This document shows positions 62,755 through 64,000 of a stretch of DNA of 64,000 nt, in pieces. Under the pieces are notes generated by a model. The model was not told the origin of the DNA and did no database searches. It worked only from the letters and a program-made list of their open reading frames with translations. Both the position numbers and the translations under genes were made by a program. The stretch spans positions 375 through 64,374 of the forward strand of contig JALHYA010000010.1 of assembly GCA_022868165.1 (NCBI GenBank), written 5' to 3'. The stretch's first letter is position 1; every line of letters starts with the position of its first letter. Source of the stretch: Patescibacteria group bacterium (GTDB lineage: Bacteria > Patescibacteriota > Microgenomatia > UBA8517).

Positions 62755-64000
62755 CTACTTTCCGACTTCCTCGAGTTGCTGCTTTGTAATCGAGTCGTTC
62801 GGGTCGATATATTTCAGAATATATTCAAGCTGGGCTCTTGCCTCTTTTTTGTCGCCCCTATCGTTTAAGAGAATCGCAAGGGCGAGTCTGGCTTCTTTAT
62901 AGTTGGCTTTAATATCAACCGTGTGCTGCAAAGTCTGTAAGGCCTCGTCGTTTTGGCCCAGGCGGGAATAGATAAGTCCCAGGTTGTAGTAAAGCTTGGC
63001 GTCGGTCGGGGCCAGTTTTATCGCATCCAACAGAACCGCCAGCGCGTCGTTTAAATAACTGGGGTTTATTATTGCCAGTTTAATAAACATGCTAACCCTG
63101 CTTCGCCTCAAATTTACATTTGCGGGTGAAAGTTTTACTGCACCATCCGATTCGATAGTTGCGGCGTCCGCAAACTGCTGGGCTTTGTCTTTCTGATGGT
63201 CCTGTGCAAGTGTAACCGCAATCGAGGAATAACTGCTGGAAATTTCGTTGTGGAAAATCGCCTCATTGGGGGATAACCTTTCGGCTTGAATGAGATATTG
63301 CGCGCCTTTCGCAAATTGGGACGAATCGTCGTAAAGTTTCCCTTTTGCGTAAAGAAGGTCGGCATACCAATATCTGCCGATAACTATCAACAGCCAGCTT
63401 CCAACTAACAACAGGATAACTATTGCAGCTTTTTGTCCGCTTGAAAGTTTTTTGAGTTGGAAATCGTTTGTCATCAGTTGGTTGTTCGCCAGTGCTATAG
63501 CGATTGCGGGAAAAAGAAAAAACTGCAAATTTACAGGAACTACGGAAAATCCGAAAAAGTTTGAAACCAAAATGCTTATATATCCGGCGGCAAATGCTGA
63601 CTGCCTTTTCTTATAAAAGAGAACAAGCGTAGATACTATTAATATAAGGTAGGAGACAATTCCGACGGTTCCCGTATTGGCCATAAAGTTGAGGTATTCG
63701 TTGTGTGCCTTGTTATAAAGAAAATCCCACTCCGAAACCAAGTTGTGTTCAACCGGACGAAAGTTGTAGTAGGAATAGGCGAATGTTTCTACGCCGGTTC
63801 CTAAGATAGGATAGTGTTTCCAGATTTCTATTGCGCCTTTCCAAACAATTCTTCTTATTGTTCCCGAGTCTGTTCCACCGACCTCTAAGGCCGGACCGCT
63901 TGAAGAAGTTGTGGTCGGAACATTAATAATTAGGGTTTTATTTTTAATGAAATCCGGTAGTGAAGGGGTAAGCTGTGTGCCAAAAGCAAGCGCCAATATA
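62755..64000 (-). CDS. O-antigen-ligase (Wzy_C)-like polytopic membrane protein with C-terminal TPR repeats. The N-terminus lies beyond the right edge.
   Basis: C-terminal TPR 'AKLYYNLGLIYSRLGQNDEALQTLQHTVDIKANYKEARLALA'. Upstream region is multi-TM with a Wzy_C-like loop. The frame is open to position 64000. Confidence 0.65.
   Translation of the reverse strand, partial: ILALAFGTQLTPSLPDFIKNKTLIINVPTTTSSSGPALEVGGTDSGTIRRIVWKGAIEIWKHYPILGTGVETFAYSYYNFRPVEHNLVSEWDFLYNKAHNEYLNFMANTGTVGIVSYLILIVSTLVLFYKKRQSAFAAGYISILVSNFFGFSVVPVNLQFFLFPAIAIALANNQLMTNDFQLKKLSSGQKAAIVILLLVGSWLLIVIGRYWYADLLYAKGKLYDDSSQFAKGAQYLIQAERLSPNEAIFHNEISSSYSSIAVTLAQDHQKDKAQQFADAATIESDGAVKLSPANVNLRRSRVSMFIKLAIINPSYLNDALAVLLDAIKLAPTDAKLYYNLGLIYSRLGQNDEALQTLQHTVDIKANYKEARLALAILLNDRGDKKEARAQLEYILKYIDPNDSITKQQLEEVGK

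Noticed and set aside
1-64000. CRISPR arrays, rRNA genes, tmRNA, RNase P RNA, SRP RNA.
   Set aside because: No 25-40-nt direct-repeat array with spacers was seen and no rRNA-like conserved blocks. The long AT-rich intergenic regions (18252-18839, 30528-30971) were checked by eye for GGGG... tmRNA or GNRA-rich RNase P signatures, without success.

Overview
This 64 kb window reads as a compact, operon-dense genome with many 4-nt start/stop overlaps and a highly divergent gene set. That gene set is ComEA/ComEC, giant surface proteins, isopentenyl phosphate kinase, small Def/Fmt and ribosomal proteins with extensions. From gene content I infer a Patescibacteria/CPR-like bacterium; this is not proven.

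Main blocks, left to right:
- (1) About 18 kb, minus strand: a surface-protein operon with two giant secreted or membrane-anchored proteins. One is a 3258-aa complete ORF; the other runs off the left edge with more than 2100 aa in the window. Their domains are discoidin, LamG/concanavalin-like, Gly-rich and about 330-aa internal repeats. A small membrane-anchored protein, an ArsR regulator and a protein made of integrase-N-terminal (SAM-like) repeats sit with them. A TIR-flanked four-helix-bundle cassette is inserted on the opposite strand.
- (2) Housekeeping genes: leuS, comEA, comEC (split), argS, a DUF1003 membrane protein, an M16 peptidase, ndk, tRNA-Pro, tRNA-Arg and mreB.
- (3) An envelope/isoprenoid group: WecB/TagA glycosyltransferase, UPP synthase with a C-terminal extension, an excisionase-type HTH gene and an isopentenyl phosphate kinase. 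The HTH gene is followed by a synonymously recoded duplicate of its last 15 codons.
- (4) A tightly coupled 5-gene operon: a polytopic membrane protein, a RimK-like ATP-grasp fused to a retropepsin-like domain, a second RimK-like ATP-grasp, a GNAT and a 607-aa HExxH (QEGLA/DUF1704-like) zincin. This looks like a peptide-tail ligation/processing system and is the strongest candidate for an undescribed system here.
- (5) The secE-nusG-rplKAJL cluster, interrupted by two Pro/Gln-rich ORFs, followed by rnhB and rpsU.
- (6) A small ORF, a Ddl-like ATP-grasp and a C39-like peptidase cassette, then a class A beta-lactamase-like gene and a CN hydrolase.
- (7) A low-GC island next to tRNA-Trp. It holds a zinc-ribbon-repeat protein with a Vsr/DUF559-like endonuclease domain and a 725-aa NERD-like protein with a SEC-C motif.
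- (8) The tRNA-Thr/Tyr/Thr cluster, an M50 protease, rpmB, fmt, def and a partial O-antigen-ligase/TPR gene.

No CRISPR array or rRNA gene was seen. All functional calls rest on motif-level reading of the translated ORFs, not on database searches.
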